From Auanema rhodensis (Eukaryota; Animalia; Nematoda), in contig CAXKVF010000075.1 in NCBI GenBank assembly GCA_964057225.1, forward strand, positions 744,001 through 808,000: 64,000 nt of DNA, in the 5' to 3' direction. Position 1 is the first letter of the stretch. Every line of letters begins with the position of its first letter. A program made the position numbers and the translations under genes. Positions 30,001 to 44,397 of this stretch are shown one piece after another. Under the pieces are notes generated by a model, which was not told where the DNA came from, ran no database searches, and worked only from the letters and a program-made list of their open reading frames with translations.

Positions 30001-33000
30001 TGTACACGTGATGTGCACTTGGTATGTAACTCGCTTCACGTGAAAGATAAAGAGATGCGGTTTTCAAAATTAGATTCCCCATGTCCATATTAGTCTAAAA
30101 ACAAATTTTTATTGATATTGCTTCATGGTAACCATGACTTTGAAATTTACGTGAACTTTAATTTATGCTAATTAAATGTACACGTGATGTGCACTTGGTA
30201 TGTAACTCGCTTCACGTGAAAGATAAAGAGATGCGGTTTTCAAAATTAGATTCCCCATGTCCATATTAGTCTAAAAACAAATTTTTATTGATATTGGTTC
30301 ATGGTAACCATGACTTTGAAATTTACGTGAACTTTAATTTATGCTAATTAAATGTACACGTGATGTGCACTTGGTATGTAACTCGCTTCACGTGAAAGAT
30401 AAAGAGATGCGGTTTTCAAAAATAGATTCCCCATGTCCATATCAGTCTAAAAACAAATTTTTATTGATATTGGTTCATGGTAACCATGACTTTGAAATTT
30501 ACGTGAACTTTAATTTATGCTAATTAAATGTACACGTGATGTGCACTTGGTATGTAACTCGCTTCACTTGAAAGATAAAGAGATGCGGTTTTCAAAATTA
30601 GATTCCCCATGTCCATATTAGTCTAAAAACAAATTTTTATTGATATTGGTTCATGGTAACCATGACTTTGAAATTTACGTGAACTTTAATTTATGCTAAT
30701 TAGATGTACACGTGATGTGCACTTGGTATGTAACTCGCTTCACGTGAAAGATAAAGAGATGCGGTTTTCAAAATTAGATTCCCCATGTCCGTATTAGTCT
30801 AAAAACAAATTTTTATTGATATTGGTGCATGGTAACCATGACTTTGAAATTTACGTGAACTTTAATTTATGCTAATTAAATGTACACGTGATGTGCACTT
30901 GGTATGTAACTCGCTTCACGTGAAAGATAAAGAGATGCGGTTTTCAAAATTAGATCCCCCATGTCCATATTAGTCTAAAAACAAATTTTGATTGATATTG
31001 GTGCATGGTAACCATGACTTTGAAATTTACGTGAACTTTAATTTATGCTAATTAAATGTACACGTGATGTGCACTTGGTATGTAACTCGCTTCACGTGAA
31101 AGATAAAAAGATGCGGTTTTCAAAATTAGATTCCCCATGTCCATATTAGTCTAAAAACAAATTTTTATTGATATTGGTTCATGGTAACCATGACTTTGAA
31201 ATTTACGTGAACTTTAATTTATGCTAATTAAATGTACACGTGATGTGCACTTGGTATGTAACTCGCTTCACGTGAAAGATAAAGAGATGCGGTTTTCAAA
31301 ATTAGATTCCCCATGTCCATATTAGTCTAAAAACAAATTTTTATTGATATTGGTGCATGGTAACCATGACTTTGAAATTTACGTGAACTTTAATTTATGC
31401 TAATTAAATGTACACGTGATGTGCACTTGGTATGTAACTCGCTTCACGTGAAAGATAAAGAGATGCGGTTTTCAAAATTAGATTCCCCATGTCCATATTA
31501 GTCTAAAAACAAATTTTTATTGATATTGCTTCATGGTAACCATGACTTTGAAATTTACGTGAACTTTAATTTATGCTAATTAAATGTACACGTGATGTGC
31601 ACTTGGTATGTAACTCGCTTCACGTGAAAGATAAAGAGATGCGGTTTTCAAAATTAGATTCCCCATGTCCATATTAGTCTAAAAACAAATTTTTATTGAT
31701 ATTGGTGCATGGTAACCATGACTTTGAAATTTACGTGAACTTTAATTTATGCTAATTAAATGTACACGTGATGTGCACTTGGTATGTAACTCGCTTCACG
31801 TGAAAGATAAAGAGATGCGGTTTTCAAAATTAGATTCCCCATGTCCATATTAGTCTAAAAACAAATTTTTATTGATATTGGTTCATGGTAACCATGACTT
31901 TGAAATTTACGTGAACTTTAATTTATGCTAATTAAATGTACACGTGATGTGCACTTGGTATGTAACTCGCTTCACGTGAAAGATAAAGAGATGCGGTTTT
32001 TAAAATTAGATTCCCCATGTCCATATTAGTCTAAAAACAAATTTTTATTGATATTGGTGCATGGTAACCATGACTTTGAAATTTACGTGAACTTTAATTT
32101 ATGCTAATTAAATGTACACGTGATGTGCACTTGGTATGTAACTCGCTTCACGTGAAAGATAAAGAGATGCGGTTTTCAAAATTAGATTCCCCATGTCCAT
32201 ATTAGTCTAAAAACAAATTTTTATTGATATTGGTTCATGGTAACCATGACTTTGAAATTTACGTGAACTTTAATTTATGCTAATTAAATGTACACGTGAT
32301 TTGCACTTGGTATGTAACTCGCTTCACGTGAAAGATAAAGAGATGCGGTTTTCAAAATTAGATTCCCCATGTCCATATTAGTCTAAAAACAAATTTTTAT
32401 TGATATTGGTGCATGGTAACCATGACTTTGAAATTTACGTGAACTTTAATTTATGCTAATTAAATGTACACGTGATGTGCACTTGGTATGTAACTCGCTT
32501 CACGTGAAAGATAAAGAGATGCGGTTTTCAAAATTAGATTCCCCATGTCCATATTAGTCTAAAAACAAATTTTTATTGATATTGGTTCATGGTAACCATG
32601 ACTTTGAAATTTACGTGAACTTTAATTTATGCTAATTAAATGTACACGTGATGTGCACTTGGTATGTAACTCGCTTCACGTGAAAGATAAAGAGATGCGG
32701 TTTTCAAAATTAGATTCCCCATGTCCATATTAGTCTAAAAACAAATTTTTATTGATATTGGTGCATGGTAACCATGACTTTGAAATTTACGTGAACTTTA
32801 ATTTATGCTAATTAAATGTACACGTGATGTGCACTTGGTATGTAACTCGCTTCACGTGAAAGATAAAGAGATGCGGTTTTCAAAATTAGATTCCCCATGT
32901 CCATATTAGTCTAAAAACAAATTTTTATTGATATTGGTTCATGGTAACCATGACTTTGAAATTTACGTGAACTTTAATTTATGCTAATTAAATGTACACG

Positions 33001-36000
33001 TGATTTGCACTTGGTATGTAACTCGCTTCACGTGAAAGATAAAGAGATGCGGTTTTCAAAATTAGATTCCCCATGTCCATATTAGTCTAAAAACAAATTT
33101 TTATTGATATTGGTGCATGGTAACCATGACTTTGAAATTTACGTGAACTTTAATTTATGCTAATTAAATGTACACGTGATGTGCACTTGGTATGTAACTC
33201 GCTTCACGTGAAAGATAAAGAGATGCGGTTTTCAAAATTAGATTCCCCATGTCCATATTAGTCTAAAAACAAATTTTTATTGATATTGGTTCATGGTAAC
33301 CATGACTTTGAAATTTACGTGAACTTTAATTTATGCTAATTAAATGTACACGTGATGTGCACTTGGTATGTAACTCGCTTCACGTGAAAGATAAAGAGAT
33401 GCGGTTTTCAAAATTAGATTCCCCATGTCCATATTAGTCTAAAAACAAATTTTTATTGATATTGGTGCATGGTAACCATGACTTTGAAATTTACGTGAAC
33501 TTTAATTTATGCTAATTAAATGTACACGTGATGTGCACTTGGTATGTAACTCGCTTCACGTGAAAGATAAAAAGATGCGGTTTTCAAAATTAGATTCCCC
33601 ATGTCCATATTAGTCTAAAAACAAATTTTTATTGATATTGGTTCATGGTAACCATGACTTTGAAATTTACGTGAACTTTAATTTATGCTAATTAAATGTA
33701 CACGTGATTTGCACTTGGTATGTAACTCGCTTCACGTGAAAGATAAAGAGATGCGGTTTTCAAAATTAGATTCCCCATGTCCATATTAGTCTAAAAACAA
33801 ATTTTTATTGATATTGGTGCATGGTAACCATGACTTTGAAATTTACGTGAACTTTAATTTATGCTAATTAAATGTACACGTGATGTGCACTTGGTATGTA
33901 ACTCGCTTCACGTGAAAGATAAAGAGATGCGGTTTTCAAAATTAGATTCCCCATGTCCATATTAGTCTAAAAACAAATTTTTATTGATATTGGTTCATGG
34001 TAACCATGACTTTGAAATTTACGTGAACTTTAATTTATGCTAATTAAATGTACACGTGATTTGCACTTGGTATGTAACTCGCTTCACGTGAAAGATAAAG
34101 AGATGCGGTTTTCAAAATTAGATTCCCCATGTCCATATTAGTCTAAAAACAAATTTTTATTGATATTGGTGCATGGTAACCATGACTTTGAAATTTACGT
34201 GAACTTTAATTTATGCTAATTAAATGTACACGTGATGTGCACTTGGTATGTAACTCGCTTCACGTGAAAGATAAAGAGATGCGGTTTTCAAAATTAGATT
34301 CCCCATGTCCATATTAGTCTAAAAACAAATTTTTATTGATATTGGTTCATGGTAACCATGACTTTGAAATTTACGTGAACTTTAATTTATGCTAATTAAA
34401 TGTACACGTGATGTGCACTTGGTATGTAACTCGCTTCACGTGAAAGATAAAGAGATGCGGTTTTCAAAATTAGATTCCCCATGTCCATATTAGTCTAAAA
34501 ACAAATTTTTATTGATATTGGTGCATGGTAACCATGACTTTGAAATTTACGTGAACTTTAATTTATGCTAATTAAATGTACACGTGATGTGCACTTGGTA
34601 TGTAACTCGCTTCACGTGAAAGATAAAGAGATGCGGTTTTCAAAATTAGATTCCCCATGTCCATATTAGTCTAAAAACAAATTTTTATTGATATTGGTTC
34701 ATGGTAACCATGACTTTGAAATTTACGTGAACTTTAATTTATGCTAATTAAATGTACACGTGATTTGCACTTGGTATGTAACTCGCTTCACGTGAAAGAT
34801 AAAGAGATGCGGTTTTCAAAATTAGATTCCCCATGTCCATATTAGTCTAAAAACAAATTTTTATTGATATTGGTGCATGGTAACCATGACTTTGAAATTT
34901 ACGTGAACTTTAATTTATGCTAATTAAATGTACACGTGATGTGCACTTGGTATGTAACTCGCTTCACGTGAAAGATAAAGAGATGCGGTTTTCAAAATTA
35001 GATTCCCCATGTCCATATTAGTCTAAAAACAAATTTTTATTGATATTGGTTCATGGTAACCATGACTTTGAAATTTACGTGAACTTTAATTTATGCTAAT
35101 TAAATGTACACGTGATGTGCACTTGGTATGTAACTCGCTTCACGTGAAAGATAAAGAGATGCGGTTTTCAAAATTAGATTCCCCATGTCCATATTAGTCT
35201 AAAAACAAATTTTTATTGATATTGGTGCATGGTAACCATGACTTTGAAATTTACGTGAACTTTAATTTATGCTAATTAAATGTACACGTGATGTGCACTT
35301 GGTATGTAACTCGCTTCACGTGAAAGATAAAAAGATGCGGTTTTCAAAATTAGATTCCCCATGTCCATATTAGTCTAAAAACAAATTTTTATTGATATTG
35401 GTTCATGGTAACCATGACTTTGAAATTTACGTGAACTTTAATTTATGCTAATTAAATGTACACGTGATTTGCACTTGGTATGTAACTCGCTTCACGTGAA
35501 AGATAAAGAGATGCGGTTTTCAAAATTAGATTCCCCATGTCCATATTAGTCTAAAAACAAATTTTTATTGATATTGGTGCATGGTAACCATGACTTTGAA
35601 ATTTACGTGAACTTTAATTTATGCTAATTAAATGTACACGTGATGTGCACTTGGTATGTAACTCGCTTCACGTGAAAGATAAAGAGATGCGGTTTTCAAA
35701 ATTAGATTCCCCATGTCCATATTAGTCTAAAAACAAATTTTTATTGATATTGGTTCATGGTAACCATGACTTTGAAATTTACGTGAACTTTAATTTATGC
35801 TAATTAAGTGTACACGTAATGTGCACTTGGTATGTAACTCGCTTCACGTGAAAGATACAGAGATGCGGTTTTCAAAATTAGATTCCCCATGTCCATATTA
35901 GTCTAAAAACAAATTTTTATTGATATTGGTGCATGGTAACCATGACTTTGAAATTTACGTGAACTTTAATTTATGCTAATTAAATGTACACGTGATGTGC

Positions 36001-39000
36001 ACTTGGTATGTAACTCGCTTCACGTGAAAGATAAAGAGATGCGGTTCTCAAAATTAGATTCCCCATGTCCATATTAGTCTAAAAACAAATTTTTATTGAT
36101 ATTGGTTCATGGTAACCATGACTTTGAAATTTACGTGAACTTTAATTTATGCTAATTAAATGTACACGTGATGTGCACTTGGTATGTAACTCGCTTCACG
36201 TGAAAGATAAAGAGATGCGGTTTTCAAAATTAGATTCCCCATGTCCATATTAGTCTAAAAACAAATTTTTATTGATATTGGTTCATGGTAACCATGACTT
36301 TGAAATTTACGTGAACTTTAATTTATGCTAATTAAGTGTACACGTGATGTGCACTTGGTATGTAACTCGCTTCACGTGAAAGATACAGAGATGCGGTTTT
36401 CAAAATTAGATTCCCCATGTCCATATTAGTCTAAAAACAAATTTTTATTGATATTGGTGCATGGTAACCATGACTTTGAAATTTACGTGAACTTTAATTT
36501 ACGCTAATTAAATATACACGTGATGTGCACTTGGTATGTAACTCGCTTCACGTGAAAGATAAAGAGATGCGGTTTTCAAAATTAGATTCCCCATGTCCAT
36601 ATTAGTCTAAAAACAAATTTTTATTGATATTGGTTCATGGTAACCATGACTTTGAAATTTACGTGAACTTTAATTTATGCTAATTAAATGTACACGTGAT
36701 GTGCACTTGGTATGTAACTCGCTTCAAGTGAAAGATAAAGAGATGCGATTTTCAAAATTAGATTCCCCATGTCCATATTAGTCTAAAAACAAATTTTTAT
36801 TGATATTGGTTCATGGTAACCATGACTTTGAAATTTACGTGAACTTTAATTTATGCTAATTAAATGTACACGTGATTTGCACTTGGTATGTAACTCGCTT
36901 CACGTGAAAGATAAAGAGATGCGGTTTTCAAAATTAGATTCCCCATGTCCATATTAGTCTAAAAACAAATTTTTATTGATATTGGTGCATGGTAACCATG
37001 ACTTTGAAATTTACGTGAACTTTAATTTATGCTAATTAAATGTACACGTGATGTGCACTTCGTATGTAACTCGCTTCACGTGAAAGATAAAGAGATGCGG
37101 TTTTCAAAATTAGATTCCCCATGTCCATATTAGTCTAAAAACAAATTTTTATTGATATTGGTTCATGGTAACCATGACTTTGAAATTTACGTGAACTTTA
37201 ATTTATGCTAATTAAATGTACACGTGATGTGCACTTGGTATGTAACTCGCTTCACGTGAAAGATAAAGAGATGCGGTTTTCAAAATTAGATTCCCCATGT
37301 CCATATTAGTCTAAAAACAAATTTTTATTGATATTGGTTCATGGTAACCATGACTTTGAAATTTACGTGAACTTTAATTTATGCTAATTAAATGTACACG
37401 TGATGTGCACTTGGTATGTAACTCGCTTCACGTGAAAGATAAAGAGATGCGGTTTTCAAAATTAGATTCCCCATGTCCATATTAGTCTAAAAACAAATTT
37501 TTATTGATATTGGTTCATGGTAACCATGACTTTGAAATTTACGTGAACTTTAATTTATGCTAATTAAATGTACACGTGATGTGCACTTCGTATGTAACTC
37601 GCTTCACGTGAAAGATAAAGAGATGCGGTTTTCAAAATTAGATTCCCCATGTCCATATTAGTCTAAAAACAAATTTTTATTGATATTGGTTCATGGTAAC
37701 CATGACTTTGAAATTTACGTGAACTTTAATTTATGCTAATTAAATGTACACGTGATGTGCACTTGGTATGTAACTCGCTTCACGTGAAAGATAAAGAGAT
37801 GCGGTTTTCAAAATTAGATTCCCCATGTCCATATTAGTCTAAAAACAAATTTTTATTGATATTGGTTCATGGTAACCATGACTTTGAAATTTACGTGAAC
37901 TTTAATTTATGCTAATTAAATGTACACGTGATGTGCACTTGGTATGTAACTCGCTTCACGTGAAAGATAAAGAGATGCGGTTTTCAAAATTAGATTCCCC
38001 ATGTCCATATTAGTCTAAAAACAAATTTTTATTGATATTGGTTCATGGTAACCATGACTTTGAAATTTACGTGAACTTTAATTTATGCTAATTAAGTGTA
38101 CACGTGATGTGCACTTGGTATGTAACTCGCTTCACGTGAAAGATACAGAGATGCGGTTTTCAAAATTAGATTCCCCATGTCCATATTAGTCTAAAAACAA
38201 ATTTTTATTGATATTGGTGCATGGTAACCGTGACTTTGAAATTTACGTGAACTTTAATTTATGCTAATTAAATATACACGTGATGTGCACTTGGTATGTA
38301 ACTCGCTTCACGTGAAAGATAAAGAGATGCGGTTTTCAAAATTAGATTCCCCATGTCCATATTAGTCTAAAAACAAATTTTTATTGATATTGGTTCATGG
38401 TAACCATGACTTTGAAATTTACGTGAACTTTAATTTATGCTAATTAAATGTACACGTGATGTGCACTTGGTATGTAACTCGCTTCACGTGAAAGATAAAG
38501 AGATGCGGTTTTCAAAATTAGATTCCCCATGTCCATATTAGTCTAAAAACAAATTTTTATTGATATTGGTGCATGGTAACCATGACTTTGAAATTTACGT
38601 GAACTTTAATTTATGCTAATTAAATGTACACGTGATGTGCACTTGGTATGTAACTCGCTTCACGTGAAAGATAAAGAGATGCGGTTTTCAAAATTAGATT
38701 CCCCATGTCCATATTAGTCTAAAAACAAATTTTTATTGATATTGGTTCATGGTAACCATGACTTTGAAATTTACGTGAACTTTAATTTATGCTAATTAAA
38801 TGTACACGTGATGTGCACTTGGTGTGTAACTCGCTTCACGTGAAAGATAAAGAGATGCGGTTTTCAAAATTAGATTCCCCATGTCCATATTAGTCTAAAA
38901 ACAAATTTTTATTGATATTGCTTCATGGTAACCATGACTTTGAAATTTACGTGAACTTTAATTTATGCTAATTAAATGTACACGTAATGTGCACTTGGTA

Positions 39001-42000
39001 TGTAACTCGCTTCACGTGAAAGATAAAGAGATGCGGTTTTCAAAATTAGATTCCCCATGTCCATATTAGTCTAAAAACAAATTTTTATTGATATTGGTTC
39101 ATGGTAACCATGACTTTGAAATTTACGTGAACTTTAATTTATGCTAATTAAATGTACACGTGATGTGCACTTGGTATGTAACTCGCTTCACGTGAAAGAT
39201 AAAGAGATGCGGTTTTCAAAATTAGATTCCCCATGTCCATATTAGTCTAAAAACAAATTTTTATTGATATTGGTGCATGGTAACCATGACTTTGAAATTT
39301 ACGTGAACTTTAATTTATGCTAATTAAATGTACACGTGATGTGCATTTGGTATGTAACTCGCTTCACGTGAAAGATAAAGAGATGCGGTTTTCAAAATTA
39401 GATTCCCCATGTCCATATTAGTCTAAAAACAAATTTTTATTGATATTGCTTCATGGTAACCATGACTTTGAAATTTACGTGAACTTTAATTTATGCTAAT
39501 TAAATGTACACGTGATGTGCACTTGGTATGTAACTCGCTTCACGTGAAAGATAAAGAGATGCGGTTTTCAAAATTAGATCCCCCATGTCCATATTAGACT
39601 AAAAACAAATTTTTATTGATATTGGTGCATGGTAACCATGACTTTGAAATTTACGTGAACTTTAATTTATGCTAATTAAATGTACACGTGATGTGCACTT
39701 GGTATGTAACTCGCTTCACGTGAAAGATAAAGAGATGCGGTTTTCAAAATTAGATTCCCCATGTCCATATTAGTCTAAAAACAAATTTTTATTGATATTG
39801 GTGCATGGTAACCATGACTTTGAAATTTACGTGAACTTTAATTTATGCTAATTAAATGTACACGTGATGTGCACTTGGTATGTAACTCGCTTCACGTGAA
39901 AGATAAAGAGATGCGGTTTTCAAAATTAGATTCCCCATGTCCATATTAGTCTAAAAACAAATTTTTATTGATATTGGTGCATGGTAACCATGACTTTGAA
40001 ATTTACGTGAACTTTAATTTATGCTAATTAAATGTACACGTGATGTGCACTTGGTATGTAACTCGCTTCACGTGAAAGATAAAGAGATGCGGTTTTCAAA
40101 ATTAGATTCCCCATGTCCATATTAGTCTAAAAACAAATTTTTATTGATATTGGTTCATGGTAACCATGACTTTGAAATTTACGTGAACTTTAATTTATGC
40201 TAATTAAATGTACACGTGATGTGCACTTGGTATGTAACTCGCTTCACGTGAAAGATAAAGAGATGCGGTTTTCAAAATTAGATTCCCCATGTCCATATTA
40301 GTCTAAAAACAAATTTTTATTGATATTGCTTCATGGTAACCATGACTTTGAATTTTACGTGAACTTTAATTTATGCTAATTAAATGTACACGTGATGTGC
40401 ATTTGGTATGTAACTCGCTTCACGTGAAAGATAAAGAGATGCGGTTTTCAAAATTAGATTCCCCATGTCCATATTAGTCTAAAAACAAATTTTTATTGAT
40501 ATTGGTTCATGGTAACCATGACTTTGAAATTTACGTGAACTTTAATTTATGCTAATTAAATGTACACGTGATGTGCACTTGGTATGTAACTCGCTTCACG
40601 TGAAAGATAAAGAGATGCGGTTTTCAAAATTAGATTCCCCATGTCCATATTAGTCTAAAAACAAATTTTTATTGATATTGCTTCATGGTAACCATGACTT
40701 TGAAATTTACGTGAACTTTAATTTATGCTAATTAAATGTACACGTGATGTGCACTTGGTATGTAACTCGCTTCACGTGAAAGATAAAAAGATGCGGTTTT
40801 CAAAATTAGATTCCACATGTCCATATTAGTCTAAAAACAAATTTTTATTGATATTGGTTCATGGTAACCATGACTTTGAAATTTACGTGAACTTTAATTT
40901 ATGCTAATTAAATGTACACGTGATGTGCACTTGGTATGTAACTCGCTTCACGTGAAAGATAAAGAGATGCGGTTTTCAAAATTAGATTCCCCATGTCCAT
41001 ATTAGTCTAAAAACAAATTTTTATTGATATTGGTTCATGGTAACCATGACTTTGAAATTTACGTGAACTTTAATTTATGCTAATTAAATGTACACGTGAT
41101 GTGCACTTGGTATGTAACTCGCTTCACGTGAAAGATAAAGAGATGCGGTTTTCAAAATTAGATTCCCCATGTCCATATTAGTCTAAAAACAAATTTTTAT
41201 TGATATTGGTTCATGGTAACCATGACTTTGAAATTTACGTGAACTTTAATTTATGCTAATTAAGTGTACACGTGATGTGCACTTGGTATGTAACTCGCTT
41301 CACGTGAAAGATACAGAGATGCGGTTTTCAAAATTAGATTCCCCATGTCCATATTAGTCTAAAAACAAATTTTTATTGATATTGGTGCATGGTAACCATG
41401 ACTTTGAAATTTACGTGAACTTTAATTTATGCTAATTAAGTGTACACGTGATGTGCACTTGGTATGTAACTCGCTTCACGTGAAAGATACAGAGATGCGG
41501 TTTTCAAAATTAGATTCCCCATGTCCATATTAGTCTAAAAACAAATTTTTATTGATATTGGTGCATGGTAACCATGACTTTGAAATTTACGTGAACTTTA
41601 ATTTATGCTAATTAAATATACACGTGATGTGCACTTGGTATGTAACTCGCTTCACGTGAAAGATAAAGAGATGCGGTTTTCAAAATTAGATTCCCCATGT
41701 CCATATTAGTCTAAAAACAAATTTTTATTGATATTGGTTCATGGTAACCATGACTTTGAAATTTACGTGAACTTTAATTTATGCTAATTAAATGTACACG
41801 TGATGTGCACTTGGTATGTAACTCGCTTCACGTGAAAGATAAAGAGATGCGGTTTTCAAAATTAGATTCCCCATGTCCATATTAGTCTAAAAACAAATTT
41901 TTATTGATATTGGTGCATGGTAACCATGACTTTGAAATTTACGTGAACTTTAATTTATGCTAATTAAATGTACACGTGATGTGCACTTGGTATGTAACTC

Positions 42001-43920
42001 GCTTCACGTGAAAGATAAAGAGATGCGGTTTTCAAAATTAGATCCCCCATGTCCATATTAGACTAAAAACAAATTTTTATTGATATTGGTGCATGGTAAC
42101 CATGACTTTGAAATTTACGTGAACTTTAATTTATGCTAATTAAATGTACACGTGATGTGCACTTGGTATGTAACTCGCTTCACGTGAAAGATAAAGAGAT
42201 GCGGTTTTCAAAATTAGATTCCCCATGTCCATATTAGTCTAAAAACAAATTTTTATTGATATTGGTTCATGGTAACCATGACTTTGAAATTTACGTGAAC
42301 TTTAATTTATGCTAATTAAGTGTACACGTGATGTGCACTTGGTATGTAACTCGCTTCACGTGAAAGATACAGAGATGCGGTTTTCAAAATTAGATTCCCC
42401 ATGTCCATATTAGTCTAAAAACAAATTTTTATTGATATTGGTGCATGGTAACCATGACTTTGAAATTTACGTGAACTTTAATTTATGCTAATTAAATATA
42501 CACGTGATGTGCACTTGGTATGTAACTCGCTTCACGTGAAAGATAAAGAGATGCGGTTTTCAAAATTAGATTCCCCATGTCCATATTAGTCTAAAAACAA
42601 ATTTTTATTGATATTGGTTCATGGTAACCATGACTTTGAAATTTACGTGAACTTTAATTTATGCTAATTAAATGTACACGTGATGTGCACTTGGTATGTA
42701 ACTCGCTTCACGTGAAAGATAAAGAGATGCGGTTTTCAAAATTAGATTCCCCATGTCCATATTAGTCTAAAAACAAATTTTTATTGATATTGGTGCATGG
42801 TAACCATGACTTTGAAATTTACGTGAACTTTAATTTATGCTAATTAAATGTACACGTGATGTGCACTTGGTATGTAACTCGCTTCACGTGAAAGATAAAG
42901 AGATGCGGTTTTCAAAATTAGATTCCCCATGTCCATATTAGTCTAAAAACAAATTTTTATTGATATTGGTTCATGGTAACCATGACTTTGAAATTTACGT
43001 GAACTTTAATTTATGCTAATTAAATGTACACGTGATGTGCACTTGGTATGTAACTCGCTTCACGTGAAAGATAAAGAGATGCGGTTTTCAAAATTAGATT
43101 CCCCATGTCCATATTAGTCTAAAAACAAATTTTTATTGATATTGCTTCATGGTAACCATGACTTTGAAATTTACGTGAACTTTAATTTATGCTAATTAAA
43201 TGTACACGTGATGTGCACTTGGTATGTAACTCGCTTCACGTGAAAGATAAAAAGATGCGGTTTTCAAAATTAGATTCCCCATGTCCATATTAGTCTAAAA
43301 ACAAATTTTTATTGATATTGGTTCATGGTAACCATGACTTTGAAATTTACGTGAACTTTAATTTATGCTAATTAAATGTACACGTGATGTGCACTTGGTA
43401 TGTAACTCGCTTCACGTGAAAGATAAAGAGATGCGGTTTTCAAAATTAGATTCCCCATGTCCATATTAGTCTAAAAACAAATTTTTATTGATATTGGTTC
43501 ATGGTAACCATGACTTTGAAATTTACGTGAACTTTAATTTATGCTAATTAAATGTACACGTGATGTGCACTTGGTATGTAACTCGCTTCACGTGAAAGAT
43601 AAAGAGATGCGGTTTTCAAAATTAGATTCCCCATGTCCATATTAGTCTAAAAACAAATTTTTATTGATATTGGTTCATGGTAACCATGACTTTGAAATTT
43701 ACGTGAACTTTAATTTATGCTAATTAAATGTACACGTGATGTGCACTTGGTATGTAACTCGCTTCACGTGAAAGATAAAGAGATGCGGTTTTCAAAATTA
43801 GATTCCCCATGTCCATATTAGTCTAAAAACAAATTTTTATTGATATTGGTTCATGGTAACCATGACTTTGAAATTTACGTGAACTTTAATTTATGCTAAT
43901 TAAGTGTACACGTGATGTGC
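1..43920 (+). repeat. 176-bp tandem satellite array, left block (~250 monomers; continues beyond window start)
   Basis: CTAAAAACAAATTTTTATTG recurs at 1, 177, 353, ... (period 176). Monomers differ by about 0-3 substitutions and rare 1-bp deletions (near 8980 and 10210). Monomer GC is ~56/176. Confidence 0.99.
43917..43920 (+). repeat. Left target-site duplication GTGC (or GTGCA to 43921)
   Basis: The empty site is GATGTGCACTTGG. The left flank ends GATGTGC(A) and the right flank starts GTGCACTTGG. Confidence 0.9.
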
Positions 43921-44397
43921 AGTCAAAAGACTGTATAATAAAAAAGAAAAAAAACAAAGAATAAAAGAATTTATTAGAAATTAGAAAAATAAAAGAGAGA
44001 CTTAAACTGATTAAAATATATCACAAATATCTTATATCAACAATTTTAGGTAAACAATTGATCTTATCACTAATCTTAGATGTGCATGCTTGATAATCTG
44101 ATTACGGTAGTTGATCTTGGCAACATGCCCAAAGTTGTAACTTTGTTAGAACTTGTCTAAATGAAATAAGAATGATATATTCGTGCTTGTCGTTGTAAGA
44201 CGAATTCAACTGTACTATATTCATGTAGTTAACTATATGTAGTTAAGTATGTGATTTTATATGATATAGGTTTTATCAATGTTTTACATACTTCTCAAGA
44301 TAATATAATGTTTAACGTACTCAACAGAGTGTTTGTGAATAACTTTACGTTATATAGCACATGAAACATAGGTGGGTAACTATAGCCAACTGCGACA
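43921..44397 (-). repeat. 3' LTR (477 bp)
   Basis: Direct repeat of 47487-47963, preceded on the minus strand by the PPT. The outer boundary is ambiguous by 1 bp (43921 or 43922). Confidence 0.95.
43970..43975 (-). terminator. Putative polyadenylation signal AATAAA in 3' LTR
   Basis: Plus-strand TTTATT ~50 bp from the LTR end, followed on the minus strand by a U-rich stretch. Confidence 0.55.

Noticed and set aside
2359-30523. Ten identical 60-aa ORFs (MLIKCTRDVH...)
   Set aside because: They arise from a single TAG>CAG variant in the satellite monomer, spread by block duplication. 176 is not a multiple of 3, and the peptide has no recognisable domain.
44079-44086. GATGTGCA in the LTR matches the satellite target site (homology-guided insertion?)
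   Set aside because: An 8-bp match found post hoc and internal to the LTR. The TSD indicates ordinary integrase action.
44223-44246. ATGTAGTTAA direct repeat and TAGTTAACTA palindrome in the LTR
   Set aside because: Short and AT-rich; may be a U3 promoter element but cannot be supported from sequence alone.
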